Below are positions 15,597-25,181 of a DNA stretch of 47,793 nt, piece by piece. The first letter of the stretch is position 1. Each line of letters begins with the position of its first letter. This DNA comes from a virus (taxonomy: Duplodnaviria > Caudoviricetes), in the IMG/VR virus record IMGVR_UViG_3300033407_000970, positions 1 to 47,793 of that record; one strand, given 5' to 3'. The notes below the pieces were generated by a model. The model saw only the letters and a program-made list of their open reading frames with translations. It made no database searches and had not been told where the DNA came from. The position numbers and the translations under genes were made by a program.

Positions 15597-18005
15597 ATGG
15601 CGACTACACGACCTGTCCGCACCCGCCGCACCCCCCAGTCTCGTCGCACGTCGACCGGGACCGTGTTGACGGCAGCGTCGATGCGACTCCCCGACCGGCC
15701 CGACCAAACGCAAGGCCCCGACAAGGGCGGGTTCGGGTTCGGCTGGCAGTCCCGCTGCTGGGACGTGTACGACCAGTTGGGGATGGTGCATTACGGCATG
15801 CAGTTCATCCGGTCGAACGTGGCGATGCTCGAGTTTCGGGTGGCCCGCAAGTCCGACGACCCCGAAGTGGAAGCCGAACCGGTCGACCTTGACGACCCGG
15901 CCGCGGTCGAGTTGGAGCGGATCGGGGAGGGCCCGTACGGGGGTGTGTCGAACCTGATGGCCGAACTGGTCGTGTTCAACCAGGTCGCCGGGGAGGGCTA
16001 CCTGTGCGGGCGGGGGTTGCCGACCGACGAGTCGGACGGTGACGGGGAAGTGTGGGAGGTGCTGACCGGGCAGCAGTTGAAGAAGCGGATAGACGGGGCT
16101 GATAAGAGTCTGGCGCCGATGGTGAAGGTGCGGGTGTGGCGGCCGCATCCGGTGAACCCGACGTGGCCCGACTCGCCGTTGCGGTCGGTGTTGGCCGAGT
16201 GTGAAGAGCTGATCCTGTCCCGCCGGCAAGTGCGGGGCGCGCTCCTGTCGAGGCTGAACAACGGGATACTCCTGTTGGACGAGTCGTTGGACCCGTCGGG
16301 TCCGGCGCCGGCCGGGCAGGGTGACGACACCATGTCCCCCCTACTCCGCGACATGTGGCAGGCGTTCAGTACGGCCATCCAAGAGCCGGAAGCCGCCACG
16401 CAGGTCATGCCCTATTTGTTGATGGGCAACGACGTCAAAGACAAGATCGACTATTTGGCTTTGGATCGGCCGTTCGATTCGTTCGCCATCGAACTTCGCG
16501 ACGACTTGACCCGTGCCATCGCCGCCGGCCTCGACCTACCCGCCGAACGACTCACCGGCATATCCGACTCAAACCATTGGAACGTGTGGTTTATCGGCGA
16601 CAGTGAGTACGCCCAGCATCTCGCCCCGGCGGTGGATCTGGTCGTTAACGGTGTCGTCCGTGACCTGTTGCGTCCGGCGTGGCAGGCGGCCGGGTTGGAC
16701 CCCGACGAGTACACGCTGATCGTCGACCCGACCGCTTTGACGTCGCGGGTGCGGAAGGGCGCCGACGCAGTGTTGGCGTTCGATCGGGGCGCCTTGTCAG
16801 AGGATGCGTTGCGGCGGGAACTCGGCTTTGACGATGGGGACCGCCCGTCGGTGTTGTCGCCGGGCGTTGGTGGCACAGTGGGGACGGCACCCGCAGCAGG
16901 GGCGGATACGGTGGACGCGGGTATGCCCGACGAACCGGGCACGGTGCCGGCGGGTGATGCTGCGCCTGTGTTGCCGATCGAAGAGTTGAAGGACCGTGCC
17001 GAAGTGTTCGGCATCCTGTTCCGGGCTGGTGTCACCCCGGAGACGGCGGCGGAGGCGGCGGGTATTGCCGGGCTCGAGTTCACCGGTGACGAGCCGGTGA
17101 CGTTGCGGGAACCCGGTGTGTCGGCGTCTGGTCTGTCGCTGGTCGCCGCTGCAGGGGACGATGGGAATGATCCGGTTGTGGCGGCGGCGTTGGCGTTGGC
17201 CGCGATCGACGCCGCCGTGTTGCGCCGCCTGGAACGGGAAGTCGCCCGGGTGCATGATCAGGTGATGGCCGAGACGGAATCCCGTCTGCGTGGCCTGTTG
17301 GATGCGGCCGGTGTGAACACGGACGGGATGGCCGCCACCGATTTGGCGCGGGCGGTGGCAGAGTCGGGGATCGACCCGGCAGAAGCCGTGCCGGACGGGG
17401 CGTACGCCGCGGTGGCCGCGACAGCTGGCGCGGTGCTAGCGAGGGGCCAGGATGATGCGTACAGGACGGTGCGGCGCCTCTCATCCGGGCTTGAACGGGA
17501 GTCACCTGTGCGGGACGACGACGCCGAATCCGCCGCACTCGGGTTGGCGGTTGGAGGGTTGGTCGGGTCGTTGACGTCTTGGCTGCGGGAGAAACTGTTC
17601 ACGGTGGCTGGCGCCGACCCCGACACTGGGGAACTACTCGCCGGCCGGACGGATGGGATCAACCCGCCCCTGTCGATCATGGTCAACGCCGCCACCGTTG
17701 CGGGCGGTGGACAAGGGGCGACCGTCGGATCGGTTGGTGTTGCGAACGGGCAGCAGGTCGAATCATGGTTGGATGGCCTGTCGGTGTCGACGACTGGTTG
17801 GGTGTGGCAGTACGGCGACCCGGGCATGCGGGCCTCACAGTTCGAACCGCATCGCCGCCTGGACGGTCAAGTGTTTGCGGATTGGGAATCGGATGTGCTG
17901 GCCCATTCGGGGTGGCCCGGTTCTCGGTTGGCGCCGCAGGATCATCGGGGTTGTGGTTGTGGCGCGGCGAGGGTGCTGGCTGCCCCACCGCCAACACAAG
18001 TGTGA
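15597..18005 (+). CDS. Portal protein with C-terminal MuF-like (head morphogenesis) domain
   Basis: RVWRPHP...DSPLR, SRL..G.LLL, IA.GLD.P.E.LTG....NHW; C-terminal WVW...H..LDG...P.DH.GC.C. Confidence 0.85.
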   Translation: MATTRPVRTRRTPQSRRTSTGTVLTAASMRLPDRPDQTQGPDKGGFGFGWQSRCWDVYDQLGMVHYGMQFIRSNVAMLEFRVARKSDDPEVEAEPVDLDDPAAVELERIGEGPYGGVSNLMAELVVFNQVAGEGYLCGRGLPTDESDGDGEVWEVLTGQQLKKRIDGADKSLAPMVKVRVWRPHPVNPTWPDSPLRSVLAECEELILSRRQVRGALLSRLNNGILLLDESLDPSGPAPAGQGDDTMSPLLRDMWQAFSTAIQEPEAATQVMPYLLMGNDVKDKIDYLALDRPFDSFAIELRDDLTRAIAAGLDLPAERLTGISDSNHWNVWFIGDSEYAQHLAPAVDLVVNGVVRDLLRPAWQAAGLDPDEYTLIVDPTALTSRVRKGADAVLAFDRGALSEDALRRELGFDDGDRPSVLSPGVGGTVGTAPAAGADTVDAGMPDEPGTVPAGDAAPVLPIEELKDRAEVFGILFRAGVTPETAAEAAGIAGLEFTGDEPVTLREPGVSASGLSLVAAAGDDGNDPVVAAALALAAIDAAVLRRLEREVARVHDQVMAETESRLRGLLDAAGVNTDGMAATDLARAVAESGIDPAEAVPDGAYAAVAATAGAVLARGQDDAYRTVRRLSSGLERESPVRDDDAESAALGLAVGGLVGSLTSWLREKLFTVAGADPDTGELLAGRTDGINPPLSIMVNAATVAGGGQGATVGSVGVANGQQVESWLDGLSVSTTGWVWQYGDPGMRASQFEPHRRLDGQVFADWESDVLAHSGWPGSRLAPQDHRGCGCGAARVLAAPPPTQV

Positions 18006-18030
18006 TAGACTCCGGGTAGGAGGTGCAACC

Positions 18031-18585
18031 ATGCGCAAGATTCCGACACTGTTTGAACGCGACTGGTTTGGGGACCGCTCCCGCGTCACCCGTGAGGTGA
18101 ATCCCGATGCCCTCTGGGTCATCGACGGTGAAGGCGTCCCGACCGTCAAGTGGGATGGCACCGCTGTCATGATCGATGAGAGCGGCGGCTATTGGAAGCG
18201 TTACGAGGTGAAGAAGGGCAAGACGCCGCCAGGCGGGTTCTTGCCCGCCGACGACCCAGACCCCAATACGGGGAAGCAACAGGGGTGGGTCAGGGTCGAC
18301 CCGAATGACCCCGCCGACAAGTGGCATATGGAAGCTTGGGACCGCTATGAGCCGGGCACGTACGAGCTGGTTGGTCCGAAGGTGCAAGGCAACCCCCACG
18401 ACCTCGATCAACACATGCTGAAGCCACACGGCTTCAAGAAGTGCAAGGATGACCCTCGGACGTTTGATGATGTCGCAATGTTCCTGCGCTTCCATCCTTT
18501 TGAGGGCATCGTCTGGCATCACCCCGACGGGCGCATGGTGAAGGTCAAGGCGCGCGACTTCGGGATTGAGTGGCCACGAAGGTAA
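18031..18585 (+). CDS. RNA ligase-like nucleotidyltransferase (DUF5565-like)
   Basis: KIPTLF.R, motif I KWDGT, YELVGPKVQGNP, EGIVW, K.K..DF. Confidence 0.75.
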   Translation: MRKIPTLFERDWFGDRSRVTREVNPDALWVIDGEGVPTVKWDGTAVMIDESGGYWKRYEVKKGKTPPGGFLPADDPDPNTGKQQGWVRVDPNDPADKWHMEAWDRYEPGTYELVGPKVQGNPHDLDQHMLKPHGFKKCKDDPRTFDDVAMFLRFHPFEGIVWHHPDGRMVKVKARDFGIEWPRR

Positions 18586-18623
18586 CGCCAGGCGTGTCGC
18601 CTACACCCGGTTAGACTCCCCGC

Positions 18624-19961
18624 ATGGCATACCGTCTTCACGTCGTACCAGAAAACGTGGCCAGCGAAGACGGCCGCGGCATCAACCCTGAAGCGCTCAC
18701 CTGGCGGGACACCCTCCCCCTCCTATGGACCCCCGTCAACGGGGAAGGCCACGACGGGTCGATCGTCGTTGCCGCTTTCACTGGCATCCACCGTGAAACC
18801 ATCGACGGAGTCACCTGGATCGTGTCCGATCAGGTCGCGTGGGACTCGTCGCCCGCAGCGGTGGAAGCCCGGCGGATGGTCGACGACGACATCATGCGGG
18901 GCCTGTCCCCGGATTGGTCGCAGGATGTGGTCCGGATCGACGTGAACGGTGACCGGGGCGCGACCGAATGGACGGAAGAGGGGATGCTGTTGGGTGCGAC
19001 GATCGTGCCGATGCAGGCGTGGTCGGGTGCCCGTGTCGAAGTCACTGATGGGGGTATGCCAGCCGTCGACGTGCCGATGGAAGACGACATGCCGATGGAC
19101 GACTTGGACATGCTCATGGCTGCTGCCGAGGCCGCCGTCACGGTCAACAACACGGTGACAGGTGAAGACGGCATTGTCATCCAACCCGAACCGGAACCGT
19201 TGGTGGCGCACGCCCTCGAGAACCCGGGCGACTACGACCTGCCGCCGGTCGAATGGTTCACCACGCCCGAACCTGCTCAGGATGATGATTCGGTGGTGTG
19301 GGTCAACACTGACGGCCAGCCGGTCCCGGCGCACACTGACGGGGCGAGACCGTGGGGTGTCCCCCTGACGATCACCGCGGACGGCCGCGTGTATGGACAC
19401 ATCGCGTCGTGGCAGGACTGCCACACGGCGTATGCGGATCGGTGCGTCCCGCCACCCAAGAGCCACAGCGACTACGCCTGGTTCCATACCGGGTCGACGC
19501 TGACGGCGGACGGCGAAGCCATTCCGACCGGGCGGATCACTGTGGGTACGGGCCATGCGGACCGGCACCTATCCGCCGCTAGTGCGGTGGCGCATTACGA
19601 CAACACCGGTCACGCCGTCTCCGATGTGCGGGCGGTGGACGGGGAGCTCGGCCCGTGGGTGTCGGGGTGGATACGACCGTGGGCCACCGCCCAGCAGCGG
19701 CACGAACTGGCAGCCCACCCGCCCAGTGGGGATTGGCGACCGCGGGGCGGTCACGCCGAGTTGTTGGGTGTGCTGGCGGTGAACCAGCCGGGGTTCCCGA
19801 TGCCGAGGACGGTGGCCACATTCCGCAAAGACCAATTGGTCAGTCTCGTCGCGTCGGGCCTGCCGCCGCGGGCACCGGTCGAGTCGGACGGGTTGGAAGC
19901 ACGGTTGGCCGCGGTCGAAGCCAGGTTGGATGCGGCTGCTATCCTGTCAGAACTCACCTGA
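18624..19961 (+). CDS. Capsid maturation protease
   Basis: DGR, LPL, GH.GS, GAT.VP..A, and GRVYGHIA.W..CH, SGDWR, AVN.PGF of actinophage proteases; lies between portal and capsid. Confidence 0.8.
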   Translation: MAYRLHVVPENVASEDGRGINPEALTWRDTLPLLWTPVNGEGHDGSIVVAAFTGIHRETIDGVTWIVSDQVAWDSSPAAVEARRMVDDDIMRGLSPDWSQDVVRIDVNGDRGATEWTEEGMLLGATIVPMQAWSGARVEVTDGGMPAVDVPMEDDMPMDDLDMLMAAAEAAVTVNNTVTGEDGIVIQPEPEPLVAHALENPGDYDLPPVEWFTTPEPAQDDDSVVWVNTDGQPVPAHTDGARPWGVPLTITADGRVYGHIASWQDCHTAYADRCVPPPKSHSDYAWFHTGSTLTADGEAIPTGRITVGTGHADRHLSAASAVAHYDNTGHAVSDVRAVDGELGPWVSGWIRPWATAQQRHELAAHPPSGDWRPRGGHAELLGVLAVNQPGFPMPRTVATFRKDQLVSLVASGLPPRAPVESDGLEARLAAVEARLDAAAILSELT

Positions 19962-19976
19962 CACCACCCTGTCAGG

Positions 19977-20033
19977 GTTGGCCCCTCGGGGGGTTGGGGT
20001 GGCGCACCTCCCCCCAACCCCCTCCCGGCCAAC
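19977..20033. terminator. Long imperfect hairpin after protease gene
   Basis: gttggcc/ggccaac outer and gggggttgggg/ccccaaccccc inner stems. Confidence 0.55.
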
Positions 20034-20038
20034 AGTCG

Positions 20039-20068
20039 TTGACATTCCCCCCAGCCCGCGGGTAGCAT
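20039..20068 (+). promoter_or_regulatory. SigA-type promoter for major capsid gene
   Basis: TTGACA-N18-TAGCAT. Confidence 0.7.
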
Positions 20069-20146
20069 CCCGGTAGCCGAGGTTGGCACCGCCCATCAAG
20101 ACGACGGGGAACCTCCACACGCATCCACCCCTAGGGAAGGACCATT

Positions 20147-21883
20147 GTGGACCCCGTACGACTCTCCGAACTGCTCAACAAGATCGGCAACGCCGACACC
20201 CCCGAAGCCGTCGCCGAACTCCTCGCACCGCTCACCGCCGGTGAACTCGCCGAAGTCAAAACCGCGCTCGCTGAGACGGCGACTCAGATCGCGTCGAAGG
20301 TGAAGGCCGGCGAGCCGGTCGAAGTCGACGACAAGCCGCTCACCCCCAAGGACGCCCTCGACATTGCGAAGGCGGCGAAGGCCAACATCGCCGTCGTGGA
20401 TGGGCGCCTCGACGAACTCGCCAAGGACGAGGCCGACCTGGCCGCCGAAGTGGACTCAGTGCTCGACGGTCTCGACATCGAACCCAAGGTTGAAGCGCCG
20501 CCGGAGGTGAAGCCGGAAGAGGCACCCGCACCGGCACCGGCCGCCGAAGCACCTGCCGAGACACCGGTGGATGCCGAACCCGAGCCGATCGCCGCATCCG
20601 CCAAGCCCAAGCCGGTCAAGGCCGACCTCGGCAACATCCGTCGGAACCAGCGGCCACAACCCCAACCCGAACCGACTGGACCCGTCACGGTGCTCACCGC
20701 AGCCGGCAACCTCGACTCGCAGGGCATCTCCGCTGGGCGAGCGTTCCCCACGGCGAAGGCGTTGGGTGAGGCGATGGCCGAAGCCGGCCGGGCACTCCCC
20801 GCCGGTGGCGGCAAAATCAAGGTCGCGCAAGCCAGGTTCGGTCACGAACTGCCGGACGTGCCGGACAATCCGGAAGAGGCGTTCCTGTTTTTGAAGAACA
20901 TTGCCCGGCAGGCGGAACGTGGCGAGGACGTCCTCGTAGCGTCCGGCGGGTTCTGTGCCCCGTCGATGCCGGTATACGACTTCTTCAACATCGGCGCAAG
21001 GGACGGACTGTTGCAGCTCCCCACCGTCAACTCGGAACGCGGCAGCATCACATATCCGGTGTCACCGGGTGTCGCGGACCTGCTCGCACAGGACGGCATC
21101 GCCGACCAGTGGACCAACGCCACCGACATCACCCCCGGTGAGGACACGAAAGCCGTGTTCACCCCGGCGTGTGTCGAAACGCTGGCCTGTGAGGTCGCCG
21201 CGTATCCGACCCAGTTGCAGTTCGGGAACTTCCAACAGATCTTCTACCCCGAGTTCGTCGCACACATGACGTCCGAGAGCTTGATTACCCATGATCACAA
21301 GGTTGACATTGCTCTCCTCGCTGCCCTGTCGGGGTTGGTGACGGAGTCGCAGGTCGCCGGGGACACGGGTGGTGGCACGTTCATCCAGGTGTCGCAGACG
21401 CTGGCATGGTTCTCGGTGTGGTATCGGAACAAGTGGCGCACCGCCCGTGACCTTCGACTGACCACCCTCGTACCGGTGTGGCTGTGGGAGGCGTTGGTGG
21501 CGGACGTGTGGGCCCGTCGGGACGCAACCGACAAGACCCGTGCCACGGCCGAGGTCCTGTCGATGTTCGACCAGTTGAACTTGGACGTCCAGTTCCTCCA
21601 CAACTTGAACCCGATCGGTGGGAACCCGGGCGGCCGGTTCGACCCGGCCGACGTGTACATGTTCGCACCGGGCACGGTCGTCCGGCAGACGAGGGGCCGC
21701 CTCGACCTGGGTGTCACTCGGGATTCGACGCTCAACTCGACGAACGATTTTCAGACGTTCGTGGAAACGTTCGACGGGTTGTGCCGTCCGGGCAACGAGA
21801 TCCTGAAGATCAACAACGTGGTTGCCTGCCCGACGGGTGGTGTGGGTGCTGAGGACACGGTGACGTGCCCGACCACCTCGTAA
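20147..21883 (+). CDS. Major capsid (hexamer) protein with N-terminal scaffold region
   Basis: Coiled-coil and Pro/Ala N-terminus; VASGGFCAP...YD, LDLGV.RDSTLN..ND.Q.F.E.F, CPTG motifs of cluster-B-like capsids. Confidence 0.9.
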   Translation: MDPVRLSELLNKIGNADTPEAVAELLAPLTAGELAEVKTALAETATQIASKVKAGEPVEVDDKPLTPKDALDIAKAAKANIAVVDGRLDELAKDEADLAAEVDSVLDGLDIEPKVEAPPEVKPEEAPAPAPAAEAPAETPVDAEPEPIAASAKPKPVKADLGNIRRNQRPQPQPEPTGPVTVLTAAGNLDSQGISAGRAFPTAKALGEAMAEAGRALPAGGGKIKVAQARFGHELPDVPDNPEEAFLFLKNIARQAERGEDVLVASGGFCAPSMPVYDFFNIGARDGLLQLPTVNSERGSITYPVSPGVADLLAQDGIADQWTNATDITPGEDTKAVFTPACVETLACEVAAYPTQLQFGNFQQIFYPEFVAHMTSESLITHDHKVDIALLAALSGLVTESQVAGDTGGGTFIQVSQTLAWFSVWYRNKWRTARDLRLTTLVPVWLWEALVADVWARRDATDKTRATAEVLSMFDQLNLDVQFLHNLNPIGGNPGGRFDPADVYMFAPGTVVRQTRGRLDLGVTRDSTLNSTNDFQTFVETFDGLCRPGNEILKINNVVACPTGGVGAEDTVTCPTTS

Positions 21884-21903
21884 CCTGAACGCCTAGACGG
21901 ATG

Positions 21904-21927
21904 GGACCCCCCACGGTTGGGGGGTCC
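21904..21927. terminator. Hairpin after capsid gene
   Basis: ggacccccca-cggt-tggggggtcc perfect 10-bp stem. Confidence 0.65.
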
Positions 21928-21981
21928 TGCCGCGTCCAGACGTGATACACTGCCATGGTTAGCGACCGGAGGTGCAATCCG

Positions 21982-22224
21982 TTGGAACCGATCCCCTATC
22001 CGACGATCCGCTGGCACTGCCCGCATGAGGGTTGCCGTCGGACACTCTCATCAAAGACTCGAATGGTGGCGCACATCAAGATGTGCCATTTCGATCCGAA
22101 CAACCGGGCATGCCGAACGTGTCTCCACGACGTCACCACATATGACGGACCCGTCTGCAACATTGGCCTGCGACTTCAGACCGTGTTGGTGGCGTCGGCG
22201 TGTTCCGGGTGGGAGCCGAGATGA
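21982..22224 (+). CDS. C2H2-like zinc-finger protein
   Basis: C-x4-C-x12-H-x3-C-H then CxxC; GTGATACACT box and GGAGGTGCA SD before TTG. Confidence 0.7.
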   Translation: MEPIPYPTIRWHCPHEGCRRTLSSKTRMVAHIKMCHFDPNNRACRTCLHDVTTYDGPVCNIGLRLQTVLVASACSGWEPR

Positions 22225-22231
22225 CGTCCTG

Positions 22232-22840
22232 TCAGCCGCCGCGGAAGATCACGGCCAGCCGCCGATAGAAACTGATCGCATCGACAGGGGCGGGCGTCCA
22301 CACGTCCCCCTGCCGGTTGACCGCCTCGACGAGCCGTTTCAAGTATTCGATGGTGGACTGTTGCCGTCGGAACCCGCCCCCATACTTGCCGTCGTAGGCG
22401 GTGTGTAGGTCTTCGATCGCATACCAGCCGCCCGGTACCACATGGGGGAACAGGGTTTCGAACGAGATGCGATGCTGGTTCATGTGGTGGCCGCCGTCGT
22501 CGACGATGAAGTCGAACGGGCCATGATCTTCGGCCACGGCCTCGAGGAACTTGGGGTCGGACTGGTTGCCCACATGCAAATGCACCTTCGGACTGTCGAT
22601 GCCGCCGGTCCGGTCGGACAGGTCGACACCGTGGACAGTCGCACTGGGCAGGTAGTCATGCCACATGCGCAGACTGGCACCCTCCGCCACGCCGATTTCG
22701 AGAATGTTCAACGCCCGGCGGGTCTGCCCTGTCAACAACTGGTGGTAAACGGTGGTGTAGCCTTTGGGGGTGAGCCGCCCGGTGGTGGTGTGGCCTTTGT
22801 CGGTGCCATGCTTGTGGGCCAGGTCGTCGAGTTTCGTCAT
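22232..22840 (-). CDS. Class I SAM-dependent methyltransferase (sugar O-methyltransferase-like)
   Basis: GTDK, ILEIGV..GASL..W, GVD, GNQ, FIVDDGGH, GGWYAIEDL. Confidence 0.88.
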   Translation of the reverse strand: MTKLDDLAHKHGTDKGHTTTGRLTPKGYTTVYHQLLTGQTRRALNILEIGVAEGASLRMWHDYLPSATVHGVDLSDRTGGIDSPKVHLHVGNQSDPKFLEAVAEDHGPFDFIVDDGGHHMNQHRISFETLFPHVVPGGWYAIEDLHTAYDGKYGGGFRRQQSTIEYLKRLVEAVNRQGDVWTPAPVDAISFYRRLAVIFRGG

Positions 22841-23514
22841 GGTTTCTCCCATCGGATGTGGCTGCGTTCCAACACTTTACGGCGATGCTCCCTATCCAGA
22901 GGGGTGCGGTTCCTCCACGCGTTCTTAATGTTCCCACCGTGGGTGACCTGTATCCACGCCCGCCGGGACACATGCCGTACGTGCTCGTATCGGCTGCGGA
23001 TCTTCGTATGATCGCCGCCCACCCCCAACATGCGCCCTCTGCCGTCGTGGGTGAGCGCAAGGAACGGCCCCTGCTGCTCCTTGTTGGGCCATCCATGATT
23101 CGACACCCTGCCGGTGGGCCAGTCCAACTGCCAGCCCATGTGATAGTTGACGATCGTGTCGGGGGGGAGCCACCGTCCGGCGAGTGCGTCGAGCTCAGTG
23201 GGGAGCCACGCGTCGTCTGAGTCGATGCGTGCGGTGACGAATTTGTCGTGGTTGGGGGCGGCGGCGTCGACGGTGCCGACGGCTCCGACGGCGAGGACCG
23301 CTTGCGGGTATATGCGGTCGCGGATTTCGGCGACTTGGTCGGCTCGTTCATGGCAGGTGCGCCATACCCATGAGACGGGTTGGGTCACGTGCCGGAACGT
23401 TTGCGCGCAGACGGCGTCGAGTAAGTGTTCCCGGGAGGCGACCCATTGTTCGGTGGGGATGCCCCGCCAGGGGGCGGCGACCCTGGTGACGACGATCAAC
23501 GCTCGGTCACTCAT
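22837..23514 (-). CDS. Putative glycosyltransferase (rhamnosyltransferase-like, GT-A)
   Basis: R..L.......QT....W, TARIDSDDA, GPFLAL, H, WIQVTHGGN. Confidence 0.7.
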   Translation of the reverse strand: MSDRALIVVTRVAAPWRGIPTEQWVASREHLLDAVCAQTFRHVTQPVSWVWRTCHERADQVAEIRDRIYPQAVLAVGAVGTVDAAAPNHDKFVTARIDSDDAWLPTELDALAGRWLPPDTIVNYHMGWQLDWPTGRVSNHGWPNKEQQGPFLALTHDGRGRMLGVGGDHTKIRSRYEHVRHVSRRAWIQVTHGGNIKNAWRNRTPLDREHRRKVLERSHIRWEKP

Positions 23515-23848
23515 CGACGTATCTCCACTCGATGCGAGTAACGATCGTGTCCGGAACGCACCTCATGTGCTCGCAGAAGAACTCAACGAACGCTGACGGC
23601 TCACAATCGAAGCCCTCTCGCATGACGTCGTCCTCAGTGATGTCCCATAGCGGCTCCCGGTCGACGCTCACCACCTCGACGTCGCAGATCCTGACGAGTG
23701 GTTCGTCCTTCTTCCGCCCCATCACCTTGCGGCACAGGGTCAGCCGGTCACCCGGCTTGAGGAACCGCCAGCCAAGCCGTCGAGTCACGGTCTTGCGGCG
23801 CTCACGGACGGCCTGCTCTGTGAGTGCGACAGACATCAGTCGACTCAT
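23507..23848 (-). CDS. ASCH domain protein
   Basis: KTVTRR, LKPGD, E.L.DIT..DV.REGF, RIEW. Confidence 0.85.
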   Translation of the reverse strand: MSRLMSVALTEQAVRERRKTVTRRLGWRFLKPGDRLTLCRKVMGRKKDEPLVRICDVEVVSVDREPLWDITEDDVMREGFDCEPSAFVEFFCEHMRCVPDTIVTRIEWRYVDE

Positions 23849-24630
23849 GGCAACAACTCCCGCAGTCGCGCGGCATCCAAATCCACCTGCCGCTGCACCC
23901 TCGGTTTCACCTTCGGCAACGTACCCCGCCGCAGAAAAGTGGCGAACTCCTGCCGCAACCGCTCTTGTGTCCGCACCCGTTCCGGCGACCCCTTCATCGT
24001 CGCCGGCGACTGCATCAGCGACGTGGGCTGATGGCAGTGGTGGTAGAGGGGTTCCATGTCGTACGCCCACGCCAGCCGGTGGGCGACGACGGCGATCATG
24101 AACGTGTCCCACGCTATCCGATATTCCGGGTGGGGGCCGCCGATCGTGCGGATAGCTTCGGTGCGGTAGAGGGCGGTGTGATGGGCGACATGCCGCAGCT
24201 GTCGGCTTTTGGCCATGTGTGCGATCCGATGTGGGGTGACCACTCTCTCCGTACCGTCGAGGCGGTGCTGCCGGTAGCCGCCGAACACGGCGTCCGCCTT
24301 TTTGGCTTTGGCTTTGGTGAGGAGCCGTTGCAGGCGTTCGGGTTCGGTCCAATCATCAGCGTCTTGAACTGTCCACCAGGTCGTGTTGCAGGCGGCGAGT
24401 GTTATGGCGTCGGCTTGGTATCTGCCTCGGTTGGGGGTGATGTCGAAGCGGATGAGCCGCCGGTCGCTGATGTCGTCAAGGGGTTGCCAAACCTTGTGGG
24501 GGTTGTCGCCGTCGTTGACGACGATCAGTTGGAGGTCATGGTGGGTTTGGTTGAGGACGGATTCGACGCTGCGGCGGATCGTGTTGGTGGCGTGCCACAT
24601 GGGCATGGACACGGTGATGCGGTCGGTCAC
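23845..24630 (-). CDS. Glycosyltransferase family 2
   Basis: ITVSMP...IRRSVESVLNQT..DLQLIVVNDG, N.GRY, QDADD. Confidence 0.9.
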   Translation of the reverse strand: MTDRITVSMPMWHATNTIRRSVESVLNQTHHDLQLIVVNDGDNPHKVWQPLDDISDRRLIRFDITPNRGRYQADAITLAACNTTWWTVQDADDWTEPERLQRLLTKAKAKKADAVFGGYRQHRLDGTERVVTPHRIAHMAKSRQLRHVAHHTALYRTEAIRTIGGPHPEYRIAWDTFMIAVVAHRLAWAYDMEPLYHHCHQPTSLMQSPATMKGSPERVRTQERLRQEFATFLRRGTLPKVKPRVQRQVDLDAARLRELLP

Positions 24631-24905
24631 GTCATGAGCCTCCGCAGAAGTGGTTTGCACTCGGCCATGAGCATATCGAAAGCGAGTTCCGCTTCGTCTT
24701 GGTCGGACGTGGATGTGAGGGCAGATTGGATGGCCCCGATGACTCGGACTGAGGCGGTGCAGAGTTGGCATCGCGGGTAGTCGGATGCTGGTCCCACGGG
24801 TCCGTCGACGTTGATGATGGTGTTGCACCATGTCTTGTTGGTGCCGGGGCGTTGGTAGTGGATGGTGCCATCGGTTCGTCCGAGTTTGGCGAGGTAGGTT
24901 GGCAT
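24627..24905 (-). CDS. hypothetical protein
   Basis: TAGCAT 7 nt upstream of ATG; GTGA overlap with GT2; H...C...CxxC. Confidence 0.6.
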   Translation of the reverse strand: MPTYLAKLGRTDGTIHYQRPGTNKTWCNTIINVDGPVGPASDYPRCQLCTASVRVIGAIQSALTSTSDQDEAELAFDMLMAECKPLLRRLMT

Positions 24906-24956
24906 GTGCCGTATGCTAGCATTCGTGTGATAGGCGCAACGACCGGAGGTGCAACC

Positions 24957-25181
24957 ATGACACGCGTATCGTTCTACCGAACAGGCACCGACACGCTCAT
25001 CGAATACGTCGACACGGACATCATCCCCCGCAAGGGCGAGATCGTCGACCTCGATGACACGTACCGCGTCGTAGACGTGACCTACCGCTATCCCCGTCCA
25101 GGTTCCATGTACTACGTCCAGGGGAAGGGGCCAGCGGTCGACGTTCTGTGCGCTCCATCCACTGGAATGTGGCAGCCATGA
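24957..25181 (+). CDS. hypothetical protein
   Basis: GGAGGTGCAACC SD; IPRKGEIV...YRVVDV. Confidence 0.65.
   Translation: MTRVSFYRTGTDTLIEYVDTDIIPRKGEIVDLDDTYRVVDVTYRYPRPGSMYYVQGKGPAVDVLCAPSTGMWQP

Noticed and set aside
17653-18030. Long N-terminal extension of the RNA ligase-like ORF
   Set aside because: Overlaps the portal gene; promoter and SD point to ATG 18031
23849-24352. N-terminal 168 aa of minus ORF 23507-24352
   Set aside because: Out-of-frame overlap with the GT2 gene; the ASCH domain starts at 23848 with an ATGA overlap
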